A stretch of DNA of 64,000 nucleotides from contig NC_135261.1 in NCBI RefSeq assembly GCF_964204865.1, positions 18,104,001-18,168,000 on the forward strand. Reading direction: 5' to 3'. The stretch's first letter is position 1; the number at the start of each line of letters is the position of its first letter. The notes under the pieces are model-generated. The model was not told where the DNA came from, made no database searches, and saw nothing but the letters and a program-made list of their open reading frames with translations. Below are positions 55,101 through 64,000 of the stretch, piece after piece. The position numbers and the translations under genes are program-made. Origin of the DNA: Styela clava (Eukaryota).

Positions 55101-57903
55101 ATTTGAAAGTACTGACAGCTAATGTTATTCCAGTTTATCGCAACTTTGTCGAGACTAAATTTTGATTACTTTTACTAAAATAAAGCTCCCTTGAGTTATT
55201 TGATATATACTAAAATTTAAAAACACAACTAAAAATTTTGCGGCTGCTAAAATTTCAATTGTTACGTCACCATTGACATTGAACAATATTACGGAAATAA
55301 ACAAGGAACTCGACATTCGAGACAATATAGTCATTTTATCATACTGTAAACTACATATCTTTTGTTTGTTGTATTGCCCAAACGGTTTTATTAGATTGTG
55401 TTGCATTCCATATATAATATTTCCGAATTTTTTGCATTTTTTTTTATCTATAATTGAGTACAACAGCAAATTTTCTCCTTTACTACAGCACGACACAGAG
55501 AATTGGTCACCACCTCCGTCTTTGAGCGAAAAATTAGAAATGGCGGCTGAAATTGCCGACGGAATGGCCTATCTTGCTGAAATTAAATACGTACATCGAG
55601 ACCTCGCTGCAAGGAATTGTCTGGTTAGCGCTGAAGGTGTCGTGAAAATCGGCGATTTTGGTCTGACCAGAGATGTATATGAAACAGATTATTATAGGAA
55701 AGATAGCAGAGGTAAGCGTGTGTGATTATGATGTGAAAAAATAACAGTAAATTTAGTCGAATTTTATTGTAATAGTGATTAGTAACGATGCTGTTGAGTA
55801 AGTTCTCGAAAATCAATCTTGAAATTCTTTTCTTCTATGGAAGCGGGGAATATTTATATTCAACTCCGATTCCCGACCCCGGATGAAAAAAATCCGACTC
55901 CCCGACTCCGGATTTTTGGAAATCTCTACAATTTTAATTTTTATCATTACCAAATAACATATAGAATTCCGACTCCGGACATTTTGAAATTCGACTCCAA
56001 CTCCGAACCCCTTCCAAAACTAATATTTTACATTGTTTCAGGACTTTTACCAATCCGTTGGATGGCGCCGGAGTCTCTTCGAGACGGTGTTTTTGATTCC
56101 CAATCAGATGTGTGGTCTTATGGAGTGGTTTTGTGGGAAATTGCTACTCTGGCTGAACAGCCGTACCAAGGATTACAACATGACCAAGTTACCAGATACG
56201 TAATTGATGGTGGATATATGGAAAAACCGAAAGCTTGTCCTAAGAAATTGTAAGTTTACTTTATTTTTTCATTTTAATGGAAATTTTTTTTATGAGAAAA
56301 TTTACTCCTCATGTTTAGGGTCTTTCTCAGAGCGATTCAGAATTTTCTTTTTATTTCTATTGGAATAAAGAAGTTTATTTTTCTTACAGATATGATCTCA
56401 TGTTGAACTGTTGGGAATTCAATCCTGAAATGCGTCCAAAGTTTACTGAAATCCTGACGTCACTGTCTAATGACGTCACCGAGAGATTTAAAGAGGAATC
56501 GTATTTTTACGAACAGAAAAGAATGTAAGTGACATATTCATTCGAATTGTCCTAACAATTTTTTATTGCTGATATTTTCCGACCACCTCATGTAGAGGGA
56601 GTGGTGAGGAGGAGTAAATATCTCACTCTACTCTCATGCTGTGGCAGACTTCGATTCCGCAGCCTCTCACTCATATCTAATAAAAAAAATTTTTTTTTTA
56701 GAAAAAAGAGTGAAATGCCCAAATTTAAAGAATTAACGGATGAAGAAATATCACTTCTGAACGGCGAAGCCATATTTACAAGAGAGGGGTCGTTCAGGAT
56801 AGTTACCCCTTCAAATTTAACCCCGTCTCGAAGCAGAAGTGAGACACCTTGTGGATGTCACACACCAGTAAGCAGACATTCGAACGGATCCTCCAAAATT
56901 GGATCCGAATTTTTACCGCATTGTGAGCATCTTAAGAAAATTGAAAATTCAGCGTTTAATGTTTATGCTCCTAACGGGATGGCTGGTGGACTTGCACATT
57001 CAACAAGGTAATTTTTCTTTGTATTTTATTTTAAGTATATAATTATTTTAGGGGCTCTAAAGTGGGGTTCGTGGCTCTCGAATGACCCCACTTTTAATGC
57101 ATAAAATCGAAAATTGCTCATAAATTTATATCTGCTACATCTAAAAGCATTCTACATCCTAACATCTAAAAATGCATTTCACTATATTCGGATAATTACC
57201 GGTATTGTAGGATCGAAAATATATATTTTATTTATTTATTTACAGTTTGAAAAGCAATATTCCAAGAAGAGGTTCCGGTATTCTGCGTAAGTCTGAAAGT
57301 TTCAATCTTAGAGGGGTTCGGAACCCATCGCCCCATCCTAAAAAGACCCCTCCAAGTACTTTAACCCGGCGGGGTGACGATTTATACTACTCTTTAAGTA
57401 CTTCCGGTATAGAAGCTGATATCGGAAGTGACGTCACAGAAAATGGAGGTCCATCTCAAGGTCTCACCAAATCGATGAACAATCATACAAGCAAAAATAC
57501 AAATACCGAACCTCAAAAGGATATTTCATATGCTATGTTATCAGCCTTGCCAGGATCAAGCCAAAGCAGTCATATTCCAGCGAACGAAAAACTAGATAGC
57601 AATAAAAAAAGTGCAACAGACGCACCCTACGCACATATGAATGGTTTCACAAAGCGACATAATTCACAAACCGGAAGACCAAATCATTTAATTCGATCAT
57701 CATCTCGAAAAGATCATCATCGGGAACCTCGAGTAGACGACGAATCTAGTTACGTGGAGTCGAGCCCTCAGCATAATTCAAAATACAGCGAAAATCAGCC
57801 ATTGATCAATCATTTCCATCCTCTTTTAAACGCCCCGCCCCCTCCTCCACCAACTGCCCCGCCCCCATTTCCTCCTCTCCAAAGACCATTGTTACAGTCT
57901 TGA
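15579..57903 (+). CDS. INSR: insulin/IGF-like peptide receptor (receptor tyrosine kinase), complete; 30 coding exons, 1819 aa
   Basis: Domain order L1-CR-L2-FnIII-1/2-alphaCT-furin site-FnIII-3-TM-NPEY-kinase ([33 protein letters not shown]). Exon lengths sum to 5460 nt with consistent phases. Treated as a co-orthologue of INSR/IGF1R. Confidence 0.97.
16439..16746. mobile_element. non-autonomous hAT element
   Basis: TIR cagggctactca / tgagtagacctg; TSD atctacgg/atatacgg (7/8). Confidence 0.82.
18565..18688 (+). CDS. INSR: InR exon 2 (L1)
   Basis: [31 protein letters not shown]; ttcag/gtaag. Confidence 0.95.
21760..21925 (+). CDS. INSR: InR exon 3 (L1)
   Basis: [36 protein letters not shown]...ENPQLQE. 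Confidence 0.96.
22632..22868. mobile_element. TTAGGG-containing MITE, subfamily A (about 80-bp TIRs)
   Basis: gggtact...aaccaagatgacggacaccggaacg...ttagggttaggccataat and its reverse complement at the right end. Confidence 0.9.
23555..23659 (+). CDS. INSR: InR exon 4 (L1)
   Basis: [35 protein letters not shown]. Confidence 0.96.
25761..25900 (+). repeat. about 72-bp tandem duplication, each unit with gTGACGTCAc
   Basis: ccgtg.tgtgacgtcacaattatccc..aatcggtt...gtcgtccgctga.tttctc twice. Confidence 0.88.
27444..27615 (+). CDS. INSR: InR exon 5 (start of Cys-rich region)
   Basis: LGTEVVNK...[11 protein letters not shown]...[10 protein letters not shown]; phase 0/1. Confidence 0.92.
29794..30008 (+). 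mobile_element. MITE subfamily B
   Basis: gggcgctccaga...ggagtaccc; flanks tattct/tatcct. Confidence 0.87.
32001..32063. repeat. 24-bp inverted repeat (hairpin) with 15-nt loop
   Basis: tcccaaaataaatgaaacccgcaa / ttgtgggtttcatttattttggga. Confidence 0.9.
32745..32870 (+). repeat. direct duplication, 74-bp spacing
   Basis: aggtgtccg.ggttatacgcg...agtgaacagtc.tac twice. Confidence 0.8.
36420..36835. mobile_element. Tc1/mariner-type MITE carrying a nested insertion
   Basis: about 25-bp TIR cagggtgtttataaagt / actttataaacaccttg flanked by TA on both sides. Confidence 0.82.
36550..36753. mobile_element. MITE subfamily A nested in the mariner-type MITE
   Basis: Same long TIR as 22632-22868, including ggttagggttagg / cctaaccctaacc. 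Confidence 0.9.
38170..38379 (+). mobile_element. MITE subfamily B
   Basis: Family match; flanked by aaatat on both sides. Confidence 0.88.
39750..40653 (+). mobile_element. hAT deletion derivative with transposase C-terminal remnant
   Basis: TIR caggggtgggcaacc / ggtggctatcccctg; TSD tcctgggt/tcataggt (6/8); about 40240-40390 translates [37 protein letters not shown] (hAT dimerisation motif). Confidence 0.88.
45064..45233 (+). CDS. INSR: InR exon 6 (Cys-rich)
   Basis: [25 protein letters not shown]...[11 protein letters not shown]. Confidence 0.95.
45358..45517 (+). CDS. INSR: InR exon 7 (Cys-rich)
   Basis: [12 protein letters not shown]...[11 protein letters not shown]...CKFCGKHC. Confidence 0.93.
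45747..45851 (+). CDS. INSR: InR exon 8 (L2)
   Basis: [34 protein letters not shown]. Confidence 0.93.
46626..46773 (+). CDS. INSR: InR exon 9 (L2)
   Basis: [16 protein letters not shown]...[15 protein letters not shown]. Confidence 0.94.
47295..47533 (+). CDS. INSR: InR exon 10 (L2)
   Basis: [15 protein letters not shown]...FFHFNPRLC...TNGDRAT. Confidence 0.95.
47868..48015 (+). CDS. INSR: InR exon 11 (FnIII-1)
   Basis: CDMIPLNI...[23 protein letters not shown]. Confidence 0.93.
48461..48514 (+). CDS. INSR: InR exon 12 (FnIII-1)
   Basis: [17 protein letters not shown] (position of the alpha-alpha disulfide Cys). Confidence 0.92.
48842..49023 (+). CDS. INSR: InR exon 13 (FnIII-1)
   Basis: SWLIKD...[14 protein letters not shown]...[11 protein letters not shown]; CAG/TAG tandem acceptor. 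Confidence 0.93.
49334..49504 (+). CDS. INSR: InR exon 14 (FnIII-2)
   Basis: PSEPVDL...[19 protein letters not shown]...DMC. Confidence 0.95.
49892..49980 (+). CDS. INSR: InR exon 15 (insert domain)
   Basis: [29 protein letters not shown]; phases 1/0 fit. Confidence 0.85.
50129..50229 (+). CDS. INSR: InR exon 16 (CxC and alphaCT helix)
   Basis: ECSCESKK...[12 protein letters not shown] (cf. FEDYLHNVVF / FENFLHNSIF). Confidence 0.93.
50493..50579 (+). CDS. INSR: InR exon 17 (alpha/beta furin site RKKR)
   Basis: [28 protein letters not shown]; phase 2/2. Confidence 0.88.
50721..51055. repeat. GAGTC-rich minisatellite with 87-bp higher-order unit
   Basis: cctcct recurs at 50876, 50963 and 51050; units are built from gagtc/aagtc pentamers. 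Confidence 0.9.
51176..51237 (+). CDS. INSR: InR exon 18 (beta insert)
   Basis: [20 protein letters not shown]; ctag/gtgagt; N-glycosylation sequons. Confidence 0.85.
51530..51632 (+). CDS. INSR: InR exon 19
   Basis: [33 protein letters not shown]; phase 1/2. Confidence 0.85.
52099..52303 (+). CDS. INSR: InR exon 20 (FnIII-2/3)
   Basis: [16 protein letters not shown]...GCS...ADVIP. Confidence 0.94.
52608..52691 (+). CDS. INSR: InR exon 21 (FnIII-3)
   Basis: [28 protein letters not shown]. Confidence 0.93.
52765..52986 (+). repeat. degenerate about 41-bp tandem repeat (5-6 units)
   Basis: cggagtcaattt-like core recurs about every 41-42 bp. Confidence 0.8.
53019..53308 (+). CDS. INSR: InR exon 22 (FnIII-3 and transmembrane helix)
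   Basis: [19 protein letters not shown]...[26 protein letters not shown]. Confidence 0.95.
53373..53650. mobile_element. degenerate hAT-like MITE fragment
   Basis: Right end gggccagatt...ccggatttggcccgcgggccctagttttcccatg. Similar end fragments lie at about 22235-22256, 35559-35605 and 47582-47650. Confidence 0.5.
53700..53847 (+). CDS. INSR: InR exon 23 (NPEY juxtamembrane, P-loop)
   Basis: SANPEYVS...YIPDGYEV...IGHGNFGK. Confidence 0.96.
54270..54442. mobile_element. MITE subfamily A, internally deleted
   Basis: tactcccgtagtatgt.aaccaagatgg...ccgccatcttggttcacatactacgg. Confidence 0.85.
54527..54621 (+). CDS. INSR: InR exon 24 (kinase)
   Basis: [31 protein letters not shown]. Confidence 0.94.
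54730..54895 (+). CDS. INSR: InR exon 25 (kinase)
   Basis: [26 protein letters not shown]...GDLKSHLRS. Confidence 0.96.
55489..55711 (+). CDS. INSR: InR exon 26 (catalytic and activation loops)
   Basis: [12 protein letters not shown]...HRDLAARNC...[19 protein letters not shown]. Confidence 0.97.
55861..56010. repeat. (CGACTC)-rich repeat / MITE remnant
   Basis: Repeated ccgactcc units. Confidence 0.65.
56042..56249 (+). CDS. INSR: InR exon 27 (kinase)
   Basis: [17 protein letters not shown]...[24 protein letters not shown]. Confidence 0.97.
56390..56524 (+). CDS. INSR: InR exon 28 (kinase C-terminus)
   Basis: [22 protein letters not shown]...FKEESYFY. Confidence 0.95.
56702..57007 (+). 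CDS. INSR: InR exon 29 (C-tail)
   Basis: [11 protein letters not shown]...GLAHST; polyT-ag acceptor, gtaatt donor, phase 2/2. Confidence 0.85.
57246..57903 (+). CDS. INSR: InR exon 30 (terminal; PYAHMNG, polyproline)
   Basis: 218-codon open frame after the tacag acceptor; stop TGA at 57901-57903. Confidence 0.88.
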
Positions 57904-59141
57904 ATTGAATTCGAAATATTGCCTTTTTTGAAAAACAGGCACCATTTGTGATGGTACAATGACGTCATAGAAGTGTGACGTCATTAAAAATATTTGAATC
58001 TTTCTATATTTTGCCTAGAACATTACCCCAAGTAAAATTTTAAACGCTGAACATGGTATATTGAAAACTACCCATTTGTTTTCGCCAAATGACCTCTACC
58101 TCGACAATTCATATATCATTTCATTTGTAATCATCGAATCAATCAATTCCAATTCATTATGAAAGAATATGCTGGAGAAGCTTGGAAATATTGCTTATGA
58201 AGTATAGTTGAATAAACGGGTTTTATATAACAGTTACCTGAACAAAACTTTATGCATCCCACTAAATTCTAACAAGTAATTTAACTTTGTGGTGCAGTAA
58301 TTTTTCAATGAAAACCCATTTGCAGAGCCCTTGGCAACTGTGAGTACATTTCTATTTTCTGTGCATTTTCAGAAATATTGTTCTCGTTATCCTTGAAAAT
58401 ATGTCATTGTCATATTATAATGTATTTTTAGCAAAAATGTTCATTTTATGCAATTTCAGCTCATAATTTGTACTGTTCCATCGTTATTTTGACGTTACGA
58501 GAGATTGTTTAATTTAAATTACGTCATCCTGTTTCCATGACAATTCGTCCTTTAATTTTTTTTTTATCGTTTTTCCTATATTTTGTTCATTTTTTTTTAT
58601 TTAAAATATTGCAAAACATTTTTGGTGCGCTTTTTATAATGTTTGTGATCTTTAAATTTCAAATATTTACACAAAAAATATACTATGACATCATGTTTTT
58701 ATGACTTAATCATCATTTGAAAGTTCCGTCCAATGATGTTTTATAATTTTTGTTTCAATCGTTATGTATGTCATAACTATTGCTGCCTATATTTATAGTC
58801 ATCCAAGGAGTGGTGTGTTTGGGGCGTGTCCAAGTATTTATCCCCCTACAAATGCTATTTGTCTTGTCACGGCGTGAATAAATTTTTTTGTCATAAATTC
58901 AGTTCCTAAGTTTTATTATGTTATTTTTATCCTTGTTACGTTTCTGGCCATGCAGTGAAATTTGTCGATTTTTCGGTAATTTTTTTTTAATATCATTAAA
59001 GAAATTGCAATATACTAGTGTTGTTGCGACTTTTTTGGACTATCTGCTATTTATTATTAGTTTTTTATTATTATTATTATATTTTGTTTATCAAATATAC
59101 TCCTATTTCTTTTTCGAAATATGGAATGCAATATGCTTTCA

Positions 59142-59147
59142 AATAAA
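59142..59147 (+). promoter_or_regulatory. candidate InR polyadenylation signal (alternatives at 58211 and 58877)
   Basis: AATAAA after an AU-rich 3' region; no transcript evidence. Confidence 0.35.
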
Positions 59148-59222
59148 AGCGTTCTTACCAAAGATACATCGGGCGTCTGCTGTTTATTTAGTGTGAGCTA
59201 ATTCAAAAAGGCGAGAAATAAT

Positions 59223-59436
59223 GGGTACTCCCGTAGTGCGTGTACCAGATTAGGGTTAGGCCACAATTTTATTCCGATTTTCCTTATTTTAGTTCTATTA
59301 CGAGTTCGGTGACTGTCTGTGTTAGCCAAGTGAATATCCACCTGCCCATAGGTTTCAGTCTCTTTGTACAACTTGATGTAAAATAGGCGTACAAAATTAG
59401 TTACCTGCATATTGGTACATACACTTCTGGAGCGTC
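59223..59436 (-). mobile_element. MITE subfamily B, reverse orientation
   Basis: Reverse complement of 38170-38379. Confidence 0.88.
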
Positions 59437-59997
59437 AAATATAGTTCAGAAATCAGTTACTATTTGTAAATGTACTTAGATCAGTAACTAGTTTAATACT
59501 TTGTCAGCTAACGTAAAAACTTCAGCAACTCTAAAATTTTGTGTCGGCTAAGCTAAATGGAATGACACGAGACGTCACCAATTAATTACCCGACATTGAG
59601 ACGTCACTCAGTGGCTAACTCCAATTCGAGACTTGAATGACCCGCGATGTTGGGACTTTCTAACACTGGTCATACATAATAAGTTTTATACTTGCACTAA
59701 TTTTAGCGGTCAGTGTGGTTTCAAGTGTCGAAGGTAATGATACTGTCGATGCGAGATAATTTCCCGATTAACTTCATTACGCTAATCCTGTTTCCTGTTC
59801 AGTTCAGTAATCTTAACAAAAGTATCCTTAACAATAAACAAATATTAAGGATAGAGTGTCCTACTTGGGCCATATTCAAACTGACATACATTTAGCCAGA
59901 CATTTCATTTAAAGGATTAGTTCCTCAACGCAATCATTTGGATTGAGTTTAGTTATTGGATCATTTGCTATTATGTTGTAGCCATAGTAATCTAAAG

Positions 59998-61333
59998 CAG
60001 TGATTTCCAACCTTTCTACCCTGGCGGACCGGTAAAATTAAATTAAATGTACTCGCGGACCGGCAAAAAATTGAAATGACCGGAACATAAAAGAAAAACA
60101 TATATTTGCGTAATACAATGCAATGTCGGGCACTCAATATGCATCTAGACAAAAAAGGCACAATCAAAAACAGCTCACATGAAGAAAAACTATCAAATAA
60201 TGTGCCGACCTAAAATATTTGCGTACTGAAATGCAGTGCTGGGTACCCATTAGGCGTAAGAAAGGCACACATAAAACATCTCACTTAAAAAACATGTACA
60301 TACCAAATCATGTACAAACGCAATTAACTCTAGTGAAAATTTTGCTGCTGTTTAGTTTCCAATATAGGATTGCAAACGATGCTTCAAGGAAGTTTCTGCA
60401 ACACGTAGCCCTGCAGCTGCGTGCAGCCAATTTCCTTGCTTCGCTTTAATTAAAGCTAGTGATGAAAATATTTTTATATATAAGTAATAAAAATATAAGT
60501 AACTCGTTGAAAATACGGACAACAGTTTGATTGCTTGATTACTTAGCGATCGGTATTCGTTATCAAGAGATATCCAAAATTGTGACAGTGATACTTTTTA
60601 AATTAGGACTGTAAATTAGAATCATAATTTGAATCAAGCTTTTTCATTGAGTTTATCATACTAATCCCTCTGCAGTTGATCGATGCTTCAAACAGAATGA
60701 ATTTACATTACAATGACAAAGTCGTCGATAATTTGGCACCAGGCTCAAAATCCTACTTTGTCTGCTCAAGATACTAAAAAAGATCTCAGCGGCCCATGCT
60801 TTTTTGCGCTCCCCGTGACCACCTGCCATATTTTACTGGAGTTTATACTTTCCTTGACTGTTTTTTGGTTTGAACCACGAAATATGCATAACGTTTTTTT
60901 GGATGGTCATATTAATCAGGAAAAGCAAGCGTGCCAATTTTTAGGTTTCTGAATCTTGCGAGATTTGATAGAGCGCATTCCTGATGAATCGTAGCCGAAA
61001 AAGCAAAATGTGTGATTCCTTGGCGCGAAGATGTCGCGAAAGACGTCGCAATATGACGGCGGAAGAAAAATTGCGTAATAAATCAACCTCGTCTTCGGTA
61101 TAAAGAGATCGGAGCGCATTCGAGATGAATCGGGGCCGAAAAAGCGAAAAGTATTTATTACTCGGCGCCAAAATGTCGCAATATGACAGCGGAAGAGAAA
61201 TTGCGTAATAAACCAACGCAACCTCGTCCTCGGTAAAGCGATTTAAACGGCATAAAAACAACAAAACACCGAAATTTTCTCGGGGACCGGCAAAAAGCTT
61301 CGCGGTCCGCGGACCGGCGGTTGGGAATCGATG
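59998..61333 (-). mobile_element. hAT (Buster/Charlie-like) deletion derivative
   Basis: Ends cagtgatttccaacc / ggttgggaatcgatg with gcggaccgg subterminal repeats; flanks atctaaag/atctaagc; minus strand about 60590-60495 translates SLSQFWISLDNEYRSLSNQAIKLLSVFSTSYL; internal 141-bp tandem duplication at 60971-61240. Confidence 0.85.
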
Positions 61334-63310
61334 ATCTAAGCATATAGAACTCTTTTATTGTGTAAGTGAGTTCTCAATAAAACACGCGCTCTTCCAATAG
61401 TTTTCTGAGATAACATCGAATTTTTAAAAGTATTATTTGACAGACCAACTTTAATAGTCATCCTCAATGTGAACCTTAATCACATCAGCAAATAGGGTGG
61501 GAGTTGACCTCGATGACCTTATGGTCGTATCGCTCCCTCCCGTCAATACCCAAGCAATTTTATCTGTGTTATGTATTTTTTTTCGTATTGATGACTGTTT
61601 GTTTTTGGTTGACAAAATAATAAATCTCTCTCTCGATTTGAATAATATAATAATATTTAATATATAAAATATTTCGGAATTATTAGACCGTACAGTTATG
61701 CAACTTCAAATTGTGAAATTCAGCAACTCGCAAATTGATGGAAAGTGGTGTGAATTTTCGGAGAAAACTCTTACCCGCAATACTCGAATTTACTGCTAAA
61801 CATATTATACTTTCATTTCGGGAAATAATATTTTCGTTCAAATTGCGAACTGGCATTCGATATTTCTTCCCTTTCCCAACGAAAAATGCCAATATATTTG
61901 TCTCTTAGACTATGTTTTCGTGTTGAGGAACTTCAGATCTTTGATTTGTTGTCGGCAAAGAATTTTTATCATTGGGTTAAAAAATACCTACGTGTTAATA
62001 CCGAGGTCTATAACCCAAAACATCCAATTAGAAAACCAGTTTTGAGTTAACGAGTAAAAACATTATTTTTAAAATCTTTTGTTGAATTACCGTGTCCATT
62101 AGTAACTTCAAAGTTTGATTAGTAAACCAGGTTAAAAATATTTATTTATTTGTAATTTTTTTTTCAAATAACAGTTCTTCAAAATTTCAACATTCGGCCT
62201 TCTGTCCTGAAGCAATAGGTGTAACCAATTTTCATCTTTCTTTAAATGCAATTTTACGGCATTGGCAGTGAGACATAAAGTCGTACGGTTTTCCAACACC
62301 ATTTTGCTCTATTCTTGAACGGTTTACTGAAAACCTGACGTTTCCTGGCTTCCTAAAATTCTTTTCGCTAAATAAACCAAACAAGATAGATGAAAAATCT
62401 TGCTTATGCGCCTTGGATAATTTTGACAGCGGAGTACGTGTAGAGCAATTCTTTATTGTATTGCTAGATATCAGTGGGTGGTGGTAACTTTTATCTGGCT
62501 TTGTTCGGAGCAAAAGGCACGAGTGAGCGTCATATTACGTAAAAAAATCCTCTCCTTTCCCCAATTTTGGGCTGGCTACGCTCTTGCCTGAAACCCTTGA
62601 TGTGTTAAAAACTCTGAGCCGACACTTGAGTCTCATGCAGATACGAACCCATTTAAGCGTTAGACAAGTAAAAGTGGAGAATATGTGTTTTGAAACTATG
62701 ATTTATTCTGATTTTAATCTCGACTGAATAAATTTAGAATATCATTGACAGGTTTAGAATTTAAATCGTCATAATAGGCACATATGTTTGATATAGAAAA
62801 TAAATGAATAAAATACGTTATTTAGTAAAAGTTAGGTATTTAGTACATCAGTAATGCACTCCACTCATTAGACCCGCAACATCGCTTCAAAACCTCAATA
62901 TATTTCCTATGCGATCTTAGCCAAAACTGTTTCATTCTCAAATGATATACTCTGTACAATACATATTTAGATAAAATTACGAAGTGAATTTCATTAATAC
63001 CAGAGAATTTTAAAACAGCGACTACTCAGCGATATTACATATTGCAAATACATGACATTGTTGTCCACTTGGTTCAGTTAAAGTTTTGCCAACCGGTAAT
63101 TTTGATACTGCCACACAAGACGGTACTCACTCAAGCATATGAGTATACCTGAATAATTATTTAACAAAACAAATCAATATAAAAAGAAACAATACAATTG
63201 TTATAATAATATAATCGAAATTAACAGGCACATTGGGTAATATTCCACTCACTTCAGTCTTTGAACGATACAATGAACAAATGATGAAATAAATCGTTTC
63301 TATGACAACT

Positions 63311-63514
63311 TTATGACGTAGAAATATTTGTTTCAGTCGTCATTTCGACATTGACGGGATTTGTTACTTGGTTAACATTTATAATACCATCAGCTTTGTC
63401 GTCTCTACATGTTACGTAGTTCTTAAATCGTTGCACAGATGCAGAAGGTGCGAGTAAAAACTCATATTGCAAAGCAGCGAGTACTCCTCCTAGAATTGGT
63501 CCAACCCAGAATAC
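63311..63514 (-). CDS. aquaporin (MIP family), last coding exon
   Basis: ttttttgaag|VFWVGPILGGVLAALQYEFLL is aquaporin TM6, with the intron at the usual HW|VFWVGP position; stop at 63311-63313; upstream exons lie outside the window. Confidence 0.9.
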   Translation of the reverse strand, partial: VFWVGPILGGVLAALQYEFLLAPSASVQRFKNYVTCRDDKADGIINVNQVTNPVNVEMTTETNISTS

Positions 63515-64000
63515 CTTCAAAAAACAAAGTTACATATTATGAGTTAATTATGTTATTCGTGTTTGGATTCTTCTTCGCACGGGTACCCTGAAGTATGGCC
63601 GGGTCAAAAATGGGTTGCGCCAAAATTATTTAAATCTGTCAAAACGAATTACCAGATTTTGGTCGGGCTTTAAAGAGATTTCAGAACCACTGTTATATCA
63701 GTATAGTATATAGATCCAAATCCAAATGTGTAGTGTTTGAGTCTGTCGTATACCGGAGCGTTTTTGACTTCACAGTCCTGAATTATCAACATCGACCATT
63801 TTGATAAATAATCATAAACTGTTAAATTATATGTGCTGAATATTCACTTTGAAATAGTGGGCGCAAATGCGGTATCTCAACAAGGTTCTGTCCTGCTCGT
63901 TACACACTTATTTTACAGTTATACTCTCGGCCACCTTTGCCACAGTTGTTCCACACATTTCCCAATTATATCACTCGTGCCGCACCGGTACAAATGAAAC

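Noticed and set aside
53700-55711. Possible pseudokinase because of the GHGNFG and RKDSRG deviations
   Set aside because: The VAIK Lys, alphaC Glu, HRD, DFG and the three activation-loop tyrosines are all intact
55273-56253. N-terminal parts of the kinase ORFs in the track (55273-55488, 55819-56041)
   Set aside because: Intronic read-through upstream of the true acceptors
56596-56613. 18-nt in-frame micro-exon in intron 28
   Set aside because: Weak acceptor and donor, and the 28-29 junction is already in phase
57058-57095. Small hairpins (here and at 28816-28842) as terminators
   Set aside because: 10-11-bp stems in eukaryotic introns; no functional support

Overview
AT-rich, intron-rich animal genomic DNA. 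It is probably an invertebrate chordate such as an ascidian; this is an inference from the protein motifs and repeat content, not a database result. Three protein-coding genes can be built by hand. (1) The 5' part of TRAF3IP1/IFT54 on the minus strand (6 coding exons, 4724 to 345, running off the left edge). (2) A complete insulin/IGF receptor gene on the plus strand: 30 coding exons, 15579-57903, all GT-AG and phase-consistent, 5460 nt = 1819 aa. (3) The last exon of an aquaporin on the minus strand (63514-63311). Non-coding DNA holds tRNA-derived SINEs, several hAT non-autonomous elements, a mariner-type MITE, a TTAGGG-containing MITE family and small tandem repeats. Most six-frame ORFs are spurious or are exon read-throughs. 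I found no clearly new multi-gene system. The best leads are in the receptor: an N-terminal pro-region with two furin sites, a doubled alpha/beta furin site on a symmetric 87-nt exon, a long C-tail with PYAHMNG plus polyproline, a cluster of FoxO sites, and an inverted-repeat-bounded segment over the presumed promoter.
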